DNA of 58,117 nt from a bacterium (lineage in GTDB: Bacteria > Patescibacteriota > Minisyncoccia > UBA6257 > MFKM01): positions 1-58,117 of the forward strand of contig JAUYAV010000005.1 in NCBI GenBank assembly GCA_030693325.1, read 5' to 3'. Below the pieces are notes generated by a model. The model did no database searches. It was not told the DNA's origin and saw only the letters and a list, made by a program, of their open reading frames with translations. Positions 1 through 8,569 of the stretch are shown piece after piece (the stretch's first letter is position 1; each line of letters starts with the position of its first letter). The position numbers and the translations under genes are program-made.

Positions 1-735
1 CTTTTAAAGAGAATATGGCTTGGCCAAGATAAAAAATTAGGCAATTTGGATTTGATAATCACGCCGCCTTTTATTTATTTGGAGCCGTTATTATTGAAAG
101 CCAAAAGTTTGAGGTTAAAAGTTAAATTCGGAGCGCAAAATTGTTTTTGGGAAAATCAGGGCGCTTACACCGGCGAAATTTCTCCGCTGATGCTGAAAAA
201 TTTGGGAGCGGAATATGCGATTATAGGCCATTCGGAAAGACGAAATTATATGCGGGAAAGCGATGAAATGATTTCAAAAAAAATAAAATCGGTTTTTGAA
301 AACAAATTGACTCCGGTTTTATGCGTGGGCGAGACCATGGAACAAAGAGCGAAGGGGATGCGCAAAAATACAGTTCAAGAACAGCTTAATAAAGATTTAA
401 GGGATATTAAAAATCTGAAAAATCATAATTTAATCATCGCTTACGAGCCGGTTTGGGCAATCGGCACCGGAAATTATTGCCAGCCGGAAGAAGCTCTGGA
501 AATGATAAAATTCATAAAAGAAATTTTTAGCTTGAATTCGGGCCAGCCATCCTGCGAAGAAAATATAAAAGTTTTATACGGCGGTTCGGTGGATTCAAAG
601 AATATCGCTAACTATCTGAAATATCCGGAAATTGACGGCGCTTTAGTCGGCGGCGCGAGCATCAAAATAAACGAATTTAAGAAAATCATTAATGAAGTAT
701 CTAAGGCAGTTAAAACTGAGCCAGCTCAAAAATAA
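1..735 (+). CDS. tpiA: Triosephosphate isomerase, 5' end cut by the window edge
   Basis: ORF 46..735 carries the TIM signature AYEPVWAIGTG and C-terminal LVGGASIK. The frame is open back to base 1 and the first residues align about 35 aa into TIM, so the start lies upstream of the window. Confidence 0.9.
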   Translation, partial: LLKRIWLGQDKKLGNLDLIITPPFIYLEPLLLKAKSLRLKVKFGAQNCFWENQGAYTGEISPLMLKNLGAEYAIIGHSERRNYMRESDEMISKKIKSVFENKLTPVLCVGETMEQRAKGMRKNTVQEQLNKDLRDIKNLKNHNLIIAYEPVWAIGTGNYCQPEEALEMIKFIKEIFSLNSGQPSCEENIKVLYGGSVDSKNIANYLKYPEIDGALVGGASIKINEFKKIINEVSKAVKTEPAQK

Positions 736-1849
736 AACCTGTCTTTTGCGGGTGGATTTGAATATTGAGTCGCCGGGAAAAGATGCTTTTCGTTTACAGG
801 CGATTTTGCCGACTATAAAATTTTTGATTAAAAACGGAGCAAAAGTGGTGATTTTAAGCCATCGGGGAAGGCCAAAAATAAATCTCAAATCTTCTCCCTG
901 CGGGAGATCTCGCGAAGCGAGACAAATCTCAAGTCTCAAAAATTTTTCCCTTAAGCCGTTTGCGGGAATTCTTTCTCAATTGCTTGGAAAACCGGTTCGT
1001 TTTATAGATTTTAGAAATGAATTTAGGGCATCCAAAATCCATAAAATCATCACTATCACGCGTGATAGTATTTTTCTTTTGGAAAATTTGAGATTTTTGC
1101 CCGAAGAAGAAAAAAATGACAGTCGCTTTGCTAAATTCTTAGCTTCTTTAGGGGATATTTATATTAACGACGCTTTTGCCGTCAGCCACAGAGAGAACGC
1201 CTCAGTGGAAGCCATCACTAAATTTTTGCCAAGTTATGCCGGTTTTCTTTTGGAAAAAGAAATTGAGAATCTTGACGCGGTAATAAAAAAATCCAAAAAG
1301 CCGTTAGTGGTAATTCTTGGCGGAGCCAAGGTCTCGGACAAAATCGGTTTAATAAATAATTTTCTAAAAAGTGCCGATTATTTCTTGATCGGTGGAGCGA
1401 TGGCCAATACTTTTTTCGCGCTTCAGGGTTTGCCTGTGGGCGATTCATTTTACGAAAAAACGCGAATAGATGAAAAAATAACACGGGAAATAACGCGAAA
1501 AATTATTTTACCGATAGACACTGTTCTTTATAAAAGAAAAATTTTGGATATCGGCCCGGAGACGGCAAAAAAATATAACGAAATCATCCAAAAAGCCGAA
1601 ACCATTATCTGGAACGGCCCGATGGGAATGTTTGAGGATAAAAAATTCGCCAAAGGAACGGAAGTGATAGCGGCCGCGGTTTTCAAAAATAAAAAAGCCA
1701 AAATCGTTATCGGCGGCGGAGAGACAATCGCTTCACTCAAACTTACAACTAAAAACAGAAATCTCTTTTTATCAACCGGCGGCGGAGCGATGTTGGAATA
1801 TTTAGCCGGGGAAAAATTACCGGGAATAGAAGCTTTAAAAAACAATTAA
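692..1849 (+). CDS. pgk: Phosphoglycerate kinase
   Basis: 385 aa with LLRVDLN near the N-terminus, SHRGRPK, GGAKVSDKI and C-terminal STGGGAMLEYL. Overlaps tpiA by 44 nt. Contains a short in-frame repeat insertion (see findings). Confidence 0.93.
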   Translation: MKYLRQLKLSQLKNKTCLLRVDLNIESPGKDAFRLQAILPTIKFLIKNGAKVVILSHRGRPKINLKSSPCGRSREARQISSLKNFSLKPFAGILSQLLGKPVRFIDFRNEFRASKIHKIITITRDSIFLLENLRFLPEEEKNDSRFAKFLASLGDIYINDAFAVSHRENASVEAITKFLPSYAGFLLEKEIENLDAVIKKSKKPLVVILGGAKVSDKIGLINNFLKSADYFLIGGAMANTFFALQGLPVGDSFYEKTRIDEKITREITRKIILPIDTVLYKRKILDIGPETAKKYNEIIQKAETIIWNGPMGMFEDKKFAKGTEVIAAAVFKNKKAKIVIGGGETIASLKLTTKNRNLFLSTGGGAMLEYLAGEKLPGIEALKNN

Positions 1850-3000
1850 TGATTGACCTGAATAAAAAAAATATCCCAAAAGCGATCAAACGTTTGAAAT
1901 TGGCCAAAAAAAGAAATGAAAAAATCGCCCTCTGGGGCGATTATGATGCCGATGGAATTTCCGGCACTTTGATTATCTATGAAGCGCTGAAAGATTTGGG
2001 CTTTGAAAATTTTTTGCTTTCACTTTCCGGCCGAAAAGGAATTTATAATCGGGGCAAAGAAGAAATAGAAAGATTCGCCAAAGAGGGGGTATCACTCATT
2101 ATTTCCGTTGATTTCGGCATTTCAGCTATTGAAGAAATAAAATTTGCCCGCGAAAAAGGAATTGATTTTATCGTGCTTGATCATCACACTCCGCTCAAGG
2201 TTTTGCCTAATGGCATTATTATTAATTACTCCAACGGCCGCAGGGCGGCGGCGGGAGTTGTTTTGGAATTTGTTAAAAATTTATATCGGCAAGAAAAAAG
2301 ACCAAAGAAAGAAATTGAGAAATTTTTTGATTTGGTCGCTGTTGCCACGGTCGCCGATAAAATTATTTTAACCGCCGCCAATAAGAAAATAATTTCTCAA
2401 GGCATTGAAAGGATAAATAAGGGCTATCGGCCGGCCCTTTTTGCTTTGGCTAAAAAAATCAGGATAAAAAAATTAACCCCTGACAATTTTGAGCGCTTGA
2501 TTGTCCGGATTAATTTTCCCAAAGGAATCAATGAAGAAAATAATTTTTTTAGATTGATGAGCAGTAAGGACGAAAAAGAGATTAAAAATTTGGTTAACGA
2601 GATAGAAATTGACTATCAAAAAGCTCAAAAAATCATCGGAAAAATTTTAAAAGAAAATTTTGCCGAGTCAACCGCTGATAAAATTCCGGTAAAAGTGTTT
2701 TTTGCCGAAAATAAATTCAATTGGCCTCAGCCTGGGATTAACGGTTTGGTCGCTGATGAAGTTTCCCAAAAATTCAAGCTTCCGGTTTTTGTTTTTAATC
2801 ATTCAGGCGATAAAATAAAAGCTTCGGGTCGGGCTCCTAAAGGTTTGAACTTAGTGAAAGCGCTGAGGACTTGTTCAGCCGATTTATTTTGTAATTTTGG
2901 CGGCCATCCCCGGGCCGCCGGCTTTAAAGCCCCGGTGGAAAATCTGGAAAAAATAAAAGAATGCCTGGAAAATTATTATAAATCCGGGAAACATAAATAA
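1849..3000 (+). CDS. DHH/DHHA1 phosphoesterase, RecJ-like (short form)
   Basis: 383 aa with DHH-family motifs DYDADGISG and VLDHH, plus the DHHA1 motif GGHPRAAG near the C-terminus. Shorter than canonical RecJ, so a RecJ versus NrnA-type role is open. Confidence 0.75.
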   Translation: MIDLNKKNIPKAIKRLKLAKKRNEKIALWGDYDADGISGTLIIYEALKDLGFENFLLSLSGRKGIYNRGKEEIERFAKEGVSLIISVDFGISAIEEIKFAREKGIDFIVLDHHTPLKVLPNGIIINYSNGRRAAAGVVLEFVKNLYRQEKRPKKEIEKFFDLVAVATVADKIILTAANKKIISQGIERINKGYRPALFALAKKIRIKKLTPDNFERLIVRINFPKGINEENNFFRLMSSKDEKEIKNLVNEIEIDYQKAQKIIGKILKENFAESTADKIPVKVFFAENKFNWPQPGINGLVADEVSQKFKLPVFVFNHSGDKIKASGRAPKGLNLVKALRTCSADLFCNFGGHPRAAGFKAPVENLEKIKECLENYYKSGKHK

Positions 3001-3006
3001 TTTTTT

Positions 3007-3609
3007 ATGAAAAATAAAAAATATTTTGCTTATTGTGTTCCTTCGACAGCCGTAAACGGTATCGCCGATAATTGGGAAGATTGCAGGGGTAAAGTGTCCG
3101 GAAAACCTAATGCCCGATATAAGGGTTTTGAAACTAAAAAAGAAGCCGAGGAATGGCTGATGGCCGGGGCTGATTATTCTTTTAAGGGCGGTCTTGAACC
3201 GGGAATTTATTTTGACGCGGGAACCGGAAGAGGAAAAGGCGTTGAAGCAAGTGTCACAGACGAAAAAGGCCAGAATCTTTTAGCAGAAATTTTACCTAAA
3301 AAAAATCTTAATAAATTCGGGAAATATGTTATTGCCGGCGGCGCGACCAATAACTACGGAGAGCTTTTGGCTCTTAATCTGGCTTTCAAGATAGCAACTA
3401 AGAGGAAAATTAAAAAGATTTTCGGCGACAGCCGACTCGTGATAAATTTTTGGTCAAAAGGTTTTATAAAAAAAGAAAATGTTTCAAAAAAAACGTTTGA
3501 CCTCACTGATGAAGTTTTCGCTTTACGGCAAAAATTTGAAAAAGGCGGCGGGAAAATCAGGCATATATCCGGAGATAAAAATCCGGCGGACCTGGGTTTT
3601 CATAAATAA
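3007..3609 (+). CDS. rnhA: Ribonuclease HI with N-terminal hybrid-binding-type domain
   Basis: N-terminus (YFAY...GI..NWEDC...V.G....YKGFETKKEAEEWL) resembles the RNase H1/viroplasmin N-terminal domain. The C-terminal half has RNase H carboxylates in context: IYFDAGTG, NNYGELLAL, IFGDS, NPADLG. Confidence 0.8.
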   Translation: MKNKKYFAYCVPSTAVNGIADNWEDCRGKVSGKPNARYKGFETKKEAEEWLMAGADYSFKGGLEPGIYFDAGTGRGKGVEASVTDEKGQNLLAEILPKKNLNKFGKYVIAGGATNNYGELLALNLAFKIATKRKIKKIFGDSRLVINFWSKGFIKKENVSKKTFDLTDEVFALRQKFEKGGGKIRHISGDKNPADLGFHK

Positions 3610-3618
3610 AAAAATATT

Positions 3619-3636
3619 CCGCGCCGAATGGCGCGG
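3619..3636. terminator. Bidirectional hairpin between rnhA and rnpB
   Basis: CCGCGCC-GAAT-GGCGCGG stem-loop. It is followed by a T-rich run on the plus strand and by TATTTTTTTATTT on the minus strand. Confidence 0.6.
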
Positions 3637-3644
3637 GGATATTT

Positions 3645-4106
3645 TGTTGGCAAGCTATAAGCCGGATTCTGTATTTGGTGATAATTTATCTGGGCTTTCA
3701 ATTACTTGAAAGCTCTAGCAGCACCCTCCGACTTTCGTCAGAGTACGACTTTGCACCCGATAAGGATTTAGCCGTTTCACTCTTCGACTTCATTCAGAGC
3801 AAGCCCTGAACTATTTCGAAGATTAACCCCGAAGGGTCTTCTGGTCCTTTCGAACCAGAACGTCACTGCTCGCACCTCTAAGCTTGCGCTCGGCGGCCGT
3901 TAGCCGCTATCTTCTACTAGGTGTCCGGACTTTCCTCTATCGCCACTGCTCCGCAGTGGCACGCTGATTTATGCCGATTTAAGCTGATTTATGCGGATAC
4001 TTTTTTATCAGCATTTATCAGCGGCTCCGACGATAGTCGGAGTATCAGCATTAATCCGCATGTCATTGCGAAGCAATGACGACAGCTATCACCTGGCTTA
4101 CCAGCA
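3645..4106 (-). ncRNA. rnpB: RNase P RNA (bacterial type A-like) with expanded P3 region
   Basis: The minus strand reads GAGGAAAGTCCGGAC (3923..3937) and ACAGAATCCGGCTTAT (3657..3672). P1 can form between 4096..4103 and 3648..3656. P2 is GGTGATA/TATCACC between 4087..4093 and 3677..3683. End coordinates are approximate. Confidence 0.85.
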
Positions 4107-4111
4107 GTTTC

Positions 4112-4139
4112 AGAATACAAAATTTACCGTAGTTGTCAA
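4112..4139 (-). promoter_or_regulatory. Candidate sigma70-type promoter for rnpB
   Basis: Minus strand TTGACA (4134..4139), a 16-nt spacer, then TATTCT (4112..4117). This places a start a few nt upstream of the proposed P1 5' strand. Confidence 0.4.
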
Positions 4140-4186
4140 TAAAATGATTTTGAGAATTGAGATAGGTTATAATTATAGTTTGGGAA

Positions 4187-5020
4187 ATGATAAACAATAA
4201 AGAAATCATCCAGGTCAAAAATCTTGTCAGGAATTTTGGAAAAATAAAAGCCGTTGACGGAATTTCTTTCTCAGTGAAGGAAGGGGAGTTTTTTGGGTTT
4301 CTCGGCCCTAATGGAGCCGGCAAGACAACCACGATGAGAATTATCTGCACTTTATTGGCGCCGACTTCCGGTCAGGTAAAAATCAACGGCTATGATGTGG
4401 TTAAAAATCCGGATGGCGTAAGGCGTTCCATTGGAATGGTTTTCCAGGAAGAAAGTTTGGATGAAAAATTGACGGCTTGGGAAAATTTAAAATTTCACGC
4501 TATTTTATATGATATTCCTTCCAGCCAGCAATCTTCCCGAATAATTGAGGTTTTGGAAATGGCTGGATTAGTCGGCCGTAAAGACGATTTGGTAAACACT
4601 TTTTCCGGGGGAATGAAAAGGCGGTTGGAAATCGCCCGTGGACTGCTTCATCGGCCGCGAGTTTTATTTTTGGACGAGCCAACTATGGGTTTGGATCCCC
4701 AGACCCGCCGGCATATCTGGGATTATATTCAGGATTTAAGAATCAAGGAATCTATCACCGTTTTTCTGACGACTCATTACATGGACGAAGCGGAGTTAGT
4801 TGATCGGGTGGGAATAATTGATAACGGCAAAATCATCGCTTTGGACACAGTCGCTAATCTTAAAAAACAGGTTGGCGGCGTTTCAAACCATTTAACCTTA
4901 GATGATGTTTTTTTGGCTTTAACCGGTTGGCAGATTCGCGAAGAAGCCGCCAGCGACAAGGACAGAATGGGCCGGGAAAACCGCCAGCGGAAAAGCTTAA
5001 ATAATAACCATAAAAATTAA
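4187..5020 (+). CDS. ABC transporter ATP-binding protein (ABC-2/DrrA-like)
   Basis: Walker A GPNGAGKTT, signature FSGGMKRRL, Walker B VLFLDEPT and H-loop TTHYMDEA. Confidence 0.92.
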   Translation: MINNKEIIQVKNLVRNFGKIKAVDGISFSVKEGEFFGFLGPNGAGKTTTMRIICTLLAPTSGQVKINGYDVVKNPDGVRRSIGMVFQEESLDEKLTAWENLKFHAILYDIPSSQQSSRIIEVLEMAGLVGRKDDLVNTFSGGMKRRLEIARGLLHRPRVLFLDEPTMGLDPQTRRHIWDYIQDLRIKESITVFLTTHYMDEAELVDRVGIIDNGKIIALDTVANLKKQVGGVSNHLTLDDVFLALTGWQIREEAASDKDRMGRENRQRKSLNNNHKN

Positions 5021-5025
5021 TCTTT

Positions 5026-5841
5026 ATGAACCTTCCCTATATTTTTAAATCTATCTATGTTCTTTGGTATAGGGAGCTTTTACATTATTGGCGGGACCCG
5101 GTGAGAGTAGTGGCTTCAATTATGATGCCTGTTGGTTTTTTAATTTTTGGCAGCGGACTTTCTTCAATCGTCGGCAAATTCGCCAGTGAAGTCGTAGGGC
5201 CGCAGGCTAATCTGATTCAATTTCTTTTTCCGGGGGTTTTAGGGCTTTCGATTTTCTTTGTGGCTATTTTTTCCGGGGCGTCGGTTATTTGGGACAGGGA
5301 ATTCGGATTTCTTAAAGAAATCCTGGTGGCGCCTATCAGCCGAGCAGTGGTGGCCTTGGGTCGGATTGCCGGCGGTGCCACCATAGCGATGATTCAGAGT
5401 TCAATTCTTTTAGCCATCGCACCATTTATCGGCCTGCATCTTTCTTTCCTTATTTTTATAAAACTTTGGTTTTTGATGCTTCTGATTTCTTTGGCCCTGA
5501 CCGCCTTCGGAGTACTCATCGGCAGTTTAGTGCGCACCACGGAAGCCCACCAGATGATAAGCTATTCTTTGATTGCGCCGATGGCTCTTTTAAGCGGCGC
5601 TTATTTCCCCCTGAAAAATCTGCCTTTTTGGATGGATTTTCTAGTTCGCTTCAATCCTTTCACTTACGCCGTTGACGCCTTGCGGCAGACGATTTTGAAT
5701 TTTTCCCAGATTACGGTGGGAGTAAATATTTTCGGCAAACCCATAATTTTTTTGGGAATTTTCGGCGACGTCCTTATCGTTTTTGTTTTCGGGATAATAA
5801 TGACTGAATTGGCCATCTGGGCTTTTTCCCGGCTGGATTAA
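5026..5841 (+). CDS. ABC-2 type transporter permease
   Basis: 271 aa, about six predicted hydrophobic spans, starting 5 nt after the ATPase gene. This is the typical ABC-2 exporter pairing. Confidence 0.8.
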   Translation: MNLPYIFKSIYVLWYRELLHYWRDPVRVVASIMMPVGFLIFGSGLSSIVGKFASEVVGPQANLIQFLFPGVLGLSIFFVAIFSGASVIWDREFGFLKEILVAPISRAVVALGRIAGGATIAMIQSSILLAIAPFIGLHLSFLIFIKLWFLMLLISLALTAFGVLIGSLVRTTEAHQMISYSLIAPMALLSGAYFPLKNLPFWMDFLVRFNPFTYAVDALRQTILNFSQITVGVNIFGKPIIFLGIFGDVLIVFVFGIIMTELAIWAFSRLD

Positions 5842-5871
5842 ATTTTCCTGCAAGTTTTAGAAAAAAATAAA

Positions 5872-5898
5872 AAGGGCCGATTTTTTAAATCGGCCCTT
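5872..5898. terminator. Bidirectional rho-independent terminator between convergent genes
   Basis: AAGGGCCGATTT-TTT-AAATCGGCCCTT hairpin flanked by an A-run and a T-run. It lies between the permease stop (5841) and the radical SAM stop (5904). Confidence 0.75.
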
Positions 5899-5903
5899 AA
5901 TTT

Positions 5904-7448
5904 TTATTTTGACATTCTGGAGGTCTGAAATTTTTCCAGTTTTTTCAGAAATGCCTGGTGTTCGTAGCGCTTAAGCCATTGCTTGATCAAAAGATGTCCT
6001 CCATAACGAAAAATATCGTTGCGCCAACCGCGATACCAGCGCTGCCAGCCCCTTATTAAATAATCAAAAGGGAAAGCCAGCGTTTTTAAAGGAATTCTCA
6101 CAAAACTTAGCGGGTTATAATGCCACCCCATAAGTTTTAAAGGCAACTCCTGGAGCTCCTTTAAAGTCATATTGTTCGGTTGATAACAAGCATAGCTTCC
6201 GTCATATTTGCCCCAAGGGACAACGTCTAACGGGAAAAGCCGTCCTTCCTGTTCCAATCTGATTCGTAAATCCGTTCCTACGAGCGGAACCGGGCGTAGA
6301 ATTTGAACAGTATCCAGCCGGCATCGGCGAATAAATTTTTTAAACTGCCGGAATCGTTCTCGGGCGCTGATAGTGACGGCAATTCCTTTCAACGGATAAC
6401 CGAAGATGAACATCCCATGGACGAAAAATCCGTAGCTGTGGAAAATTTTTGTCCATTTGACCATATCCGAAGACAAATATCCTTTTCTCATGGCTATTAA
6501 TTCTTCGTTGATAGGGGATTCGTATCCGATGCAGACCGTCCTGACACCGGCTTTTTTCATAGCCGTCAGCAGGATACTGTCTGTGGCCGCCTCCAATCTT
6601 ATCTGGACCGTGAAGTCAAGCCCGAAGCCGTATTTTTGAGATATCTTTTCAAAAAATTCCAAAGCTCCGGCGCGGTCTTCTTCCATTCGGTCGTCCACGA
6701 TAAAAAATGTTCCCGCTCGTCTGGTTTCCGCCAGCCATTTCACTTCTTCAAAAAGATACTGACTGGTGGCCCAATGAGGCTTTCCGCGAACCGAGCAAAA
6801 TTCACAGTGTTTGCCGCAACCCCGGATTCGGCCTATCGGATAAATTTTCACTTTGGCGAATCTTAACAGACCAAAATTCGGAAAAGGCAAATCATTCAAA
6901 TCAGAAACTTCCATTTTTTCCGGAAGATTGGTTTTGATTTGCGCGTCCTGCCAATATGATATTCCCGGAATTTCAGAAAGAGGTAATTTTTGCCAAAGGG
7001 CTTGAAGGAGCCGTTGAATTATTTCTTCGCCGTCGCCATGGACTACAACATCAATTCCTTTTCTAAGAGATTCTTCCGGGGAATAATGCGCGTGCCACCC
7101 GCCGGCAATCACGGCTACTCCTTCGTTGCGGTAGAAATCGGCTATTTGCCAGGCCCGTTCCATTGTGCTGGAGAGGCCGCAGAACAGGCCAATAACCGCG
7201 GCGGGATTTTCTCCCTGGAGAGTTTTGTGGTCAGGCAGGCCCTCATTGTCTCGCGGTCCCTTGTGATAATTATTTTCATCAATGACTTCCGCGCGCCAGC
7301 CCCACAATTTATCAGCGACGGTGGCTATTATAATCGGCCCTAAGGCGGTGATTCTTTCGGCGATAGGGGTGAAAATATTTATTTCTCTGAAAGCCGGGAT
7401 AATCATCCGGAACAGCGGCCATTCCCCATTTCTTTTTATTTCTTTCAT
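5904..7448 (-). CDS. B12-binding domain radical SAM protein
   Basis: 514 aa with CxxxCxxC cluster motif CGKHCEFCSV. The N-terminal third looks like a cobalamin-binding Rossmann domain (VIGLFCGLSS...VIAGGWHA). Confidence 0.8.
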   Translation of the reverse strand: MKEIKRNGEWPLFRMIIPAFREINIFTPIAERITALGPIIIATVADKLWGWRAEVIDENNYHKGPRDNEGLPDHKTLQGENPAAVIGLFCGLSSTMERAWQIADFYRNEGVAVIAGGWHAHYSPEESLRKGIDVVVHGDGEEIIQRLLQALWQKLPLSEIPGISYWQDAQIKTNLPEKMEVSDLNDLPFPNFGLLRFAKVKIYPIGRIRGCGKHCEFCSVRGKPHWATSQYLFEEVKWLAETRRAGTFFIVDDRMEEDRAGALEFFEKISQKYGFGLDFTVQIRLEAATDSILLTAMKKAGVRTVCIGYESPINEELIAMRKGYLSSDMVKWTKIFHSYGFFVHGMFIFGYPLKGIAVTISARERFRQFKKFIRRCRLDTVQILRPVPLVGTDLRIRLEQEGRLFPLDVVPWGKYDGSYACYQPNNMTLKELQELPLKLMGWHYNPLSFVRIPLKTLAFPFDYLIRGWQRWYRGWRNDIFRYGGHLLIKQWLKRYEHQAFLKKLEKFQTSRMSK

Positions 7449-7479
7449 TACTGCCTCCTTTTTTATTTTTTAAGGTTCT

Positions 7480-7508
7480 TTCAATTTATTTCCTAAATAG
7501 AGTATAAT
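7480..7508 (+). promoter_or_regulatory. Candidate promoter upstream of the FKBP gene
   Basis: TTCAAT (7480..7485), a 17-nt spacer, then TATAAT (7503..7508). Confidence 0.4.
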
Positions 7509-7643
7509 ACGATTTTTTTGAAAATTAAAACCCCAAACTTCAAAATCCCTAGGAATGGGGATTTTGAAGTTTTACGGATAAAAACAGAAAATAATTTTTT
7601 ATGTTATCATATATTTTCAATTTGGTATAAAATAAAAAGTATT

Positions 7644-8132
7644 ATGGATAAAAATCTAAAAATTTTGCTGATTATCATGGCCATCGTTATTGTGGCAACG
7701 GGGATTCTTGCTTTTTCAAAAAGCGCGAGTCAAAATAAAGAAGCAAATATTAATACTATTATTAATAATCAAAATCAAATGAAAAACGAAACTTTGGCAG
7801 ATGGTTTGCAAATTATTGACGAGGTTGCCGGCACCGGCGCGGAGGCGGCAGCCGGAAATATCGTCAGCGTCAATTATGTCGGCACCTTAACCAACGGCAA
7901 AAAATTTGACAGTTCTTATGACAGGAATCAGCCGTTTTCATTCGTTTTGGGAGCAGGGCAGGTGATTAAGGGTTGGGATGAAGGAGTGGCGGGAATGCGC
8001 GTTGGCGGCAAAAGAAAACTGGTTATTCCGCCGGATTTGGCTTATGGCGCTCAAAGTATTGGCAATGGCTTGATTCCCGCGAATTCAACTTTGATTTTTG
8101 AAGTGGAGCTTTTGGGGATTCAGGCGCAATAA
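7644..8132 (+). CDS. FKBP-type peptidyl-prolyl cis-trans isomerase, membrane-anchored or secreted
   Basis: C-terminal FKBP domain ([55 protein letters not shown]). I chose the ATG at 7644 ([15 protein letters not shown], a hydrophobic N-terminus) over the upstream TTG at 7518. Confidence 0.88.
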   Translation: MDKNLKILLIIMAIVIVATGILAFSKSASQNKEANINTIINNQNQMKNETLADGLQIIDEVAGTGAEAAAGNIVSVNYVGTLTNGKKFDSSYDRNQPFSFVLGAGQVIKGWDEGVAGMRVGGKRKLVIPPDLAYGAQSIGNGLIPANSTLIFEVELLGIQAQ

Positions 8133-8138
8133 TTTTTT

Positions 8139-8402
8139 TTAATTGTTATATTTAATTTTTAGAAAAAGTTGAGCGATGCCGATGGCAAGCCCAATTCCGT
8201 TGGCGAGAATTATTGGCAACGCGGAAAGAAGAAGTCCGTATATCAGCCAAAGACAGCAGTTAATAATATAAATAACAACCATTCCTATTGAGAGGTCGGC
8301 GGTTTTTTTGCTTTTATAGGATTTGATTATTTGCGGCAACATCAGAAACGTTCCGACAACCGCCGCGATATAACCGATTAAGTTGGTGAAAATGTGAGGC
8401 AT
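8139..8402 (-). CDS. SemiSWEET / PQ-loop family small sugar transporter
   Basis: 87 aa, three hydrophobic helices and the PQ motif (LMLPQIIKSYK). The ORF-track extension to 8525 reads antisense through a tRNA, so the ATG at 8402 is used. Confidence 0.75.
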   Translation of the reverse strand: MPHIFTNLIGYIAAVVGTFLMLPQIIKSYKSKKTADLSIGMVVIYIINCCLWLIYGLLLSALPIILANGIGLAIGIAQLFLKIKYNN

Positions 8403-8440
8403 AAATATTTTTTTAAATAATATTATTGATTTTCTAAGTG

Positions 8441-8511
8441 CTGGGAGACAGGGATTCGGACCCCGATACTGGGCTTCAAAGGCCCATGTCCTACCATTAG
8501 ACGATCTCCCA
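8441..8511 (-). tRNA. tRNA-Gln (anticodon UUG)
   Basis: Minus strand TGGGAGA TC GTCT AATGGTA GGAC A TGGGC CTTTGAA GCCCA GTAT CGGGG TCCGAAT CCCTG TCTCCCA G. Full cloverleaf, no encoded CCA. Confidence 0.9.
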
Positions 8512-8569
8512 ATATATACAAACACTAACTAAAATACTTAAAAACTTAAAGCATGGTGTCTTCCGGTTT

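Noticed and set aside
692-735. tpiA-pgk gene fusion
   Set aside because: The two ORFs overlap by 44 nt but are in different frames, and tpiA has its own stop at 733..735. The overlap fits translational coupling and is not a fusion protein.
3991-4350. ORFs 3991..4200 (+) and 4063..4350 (-)
   Set aside because: The first overlaps the rnpB 5' region and repeat element. The second is antisense to the ABC ATPase start. Neither has protein-like composition.
7535-7572. 15-bp hairpin AAACTTCAAAATCCC/GGGATTTTGAAGTTT as a terminator
   Set aside because: It lies between two divergently transcribed starts (7448 and 7644), so there is nothing upstream to terminate. It is more likely a 5' UTR structure of the FKBP mRNA. 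Function is unknown and interest is low.
8403-8525. N-terminal extension of the 8139..8525 ORF (MFVYIGRSSNGRTWAFEAQYRGPNP...)
   Set aside because: It is the antisense reading of tRNA-Gln (8441..8511). The real SemiSWEET-like protein starts at the internal ATG at 8402.
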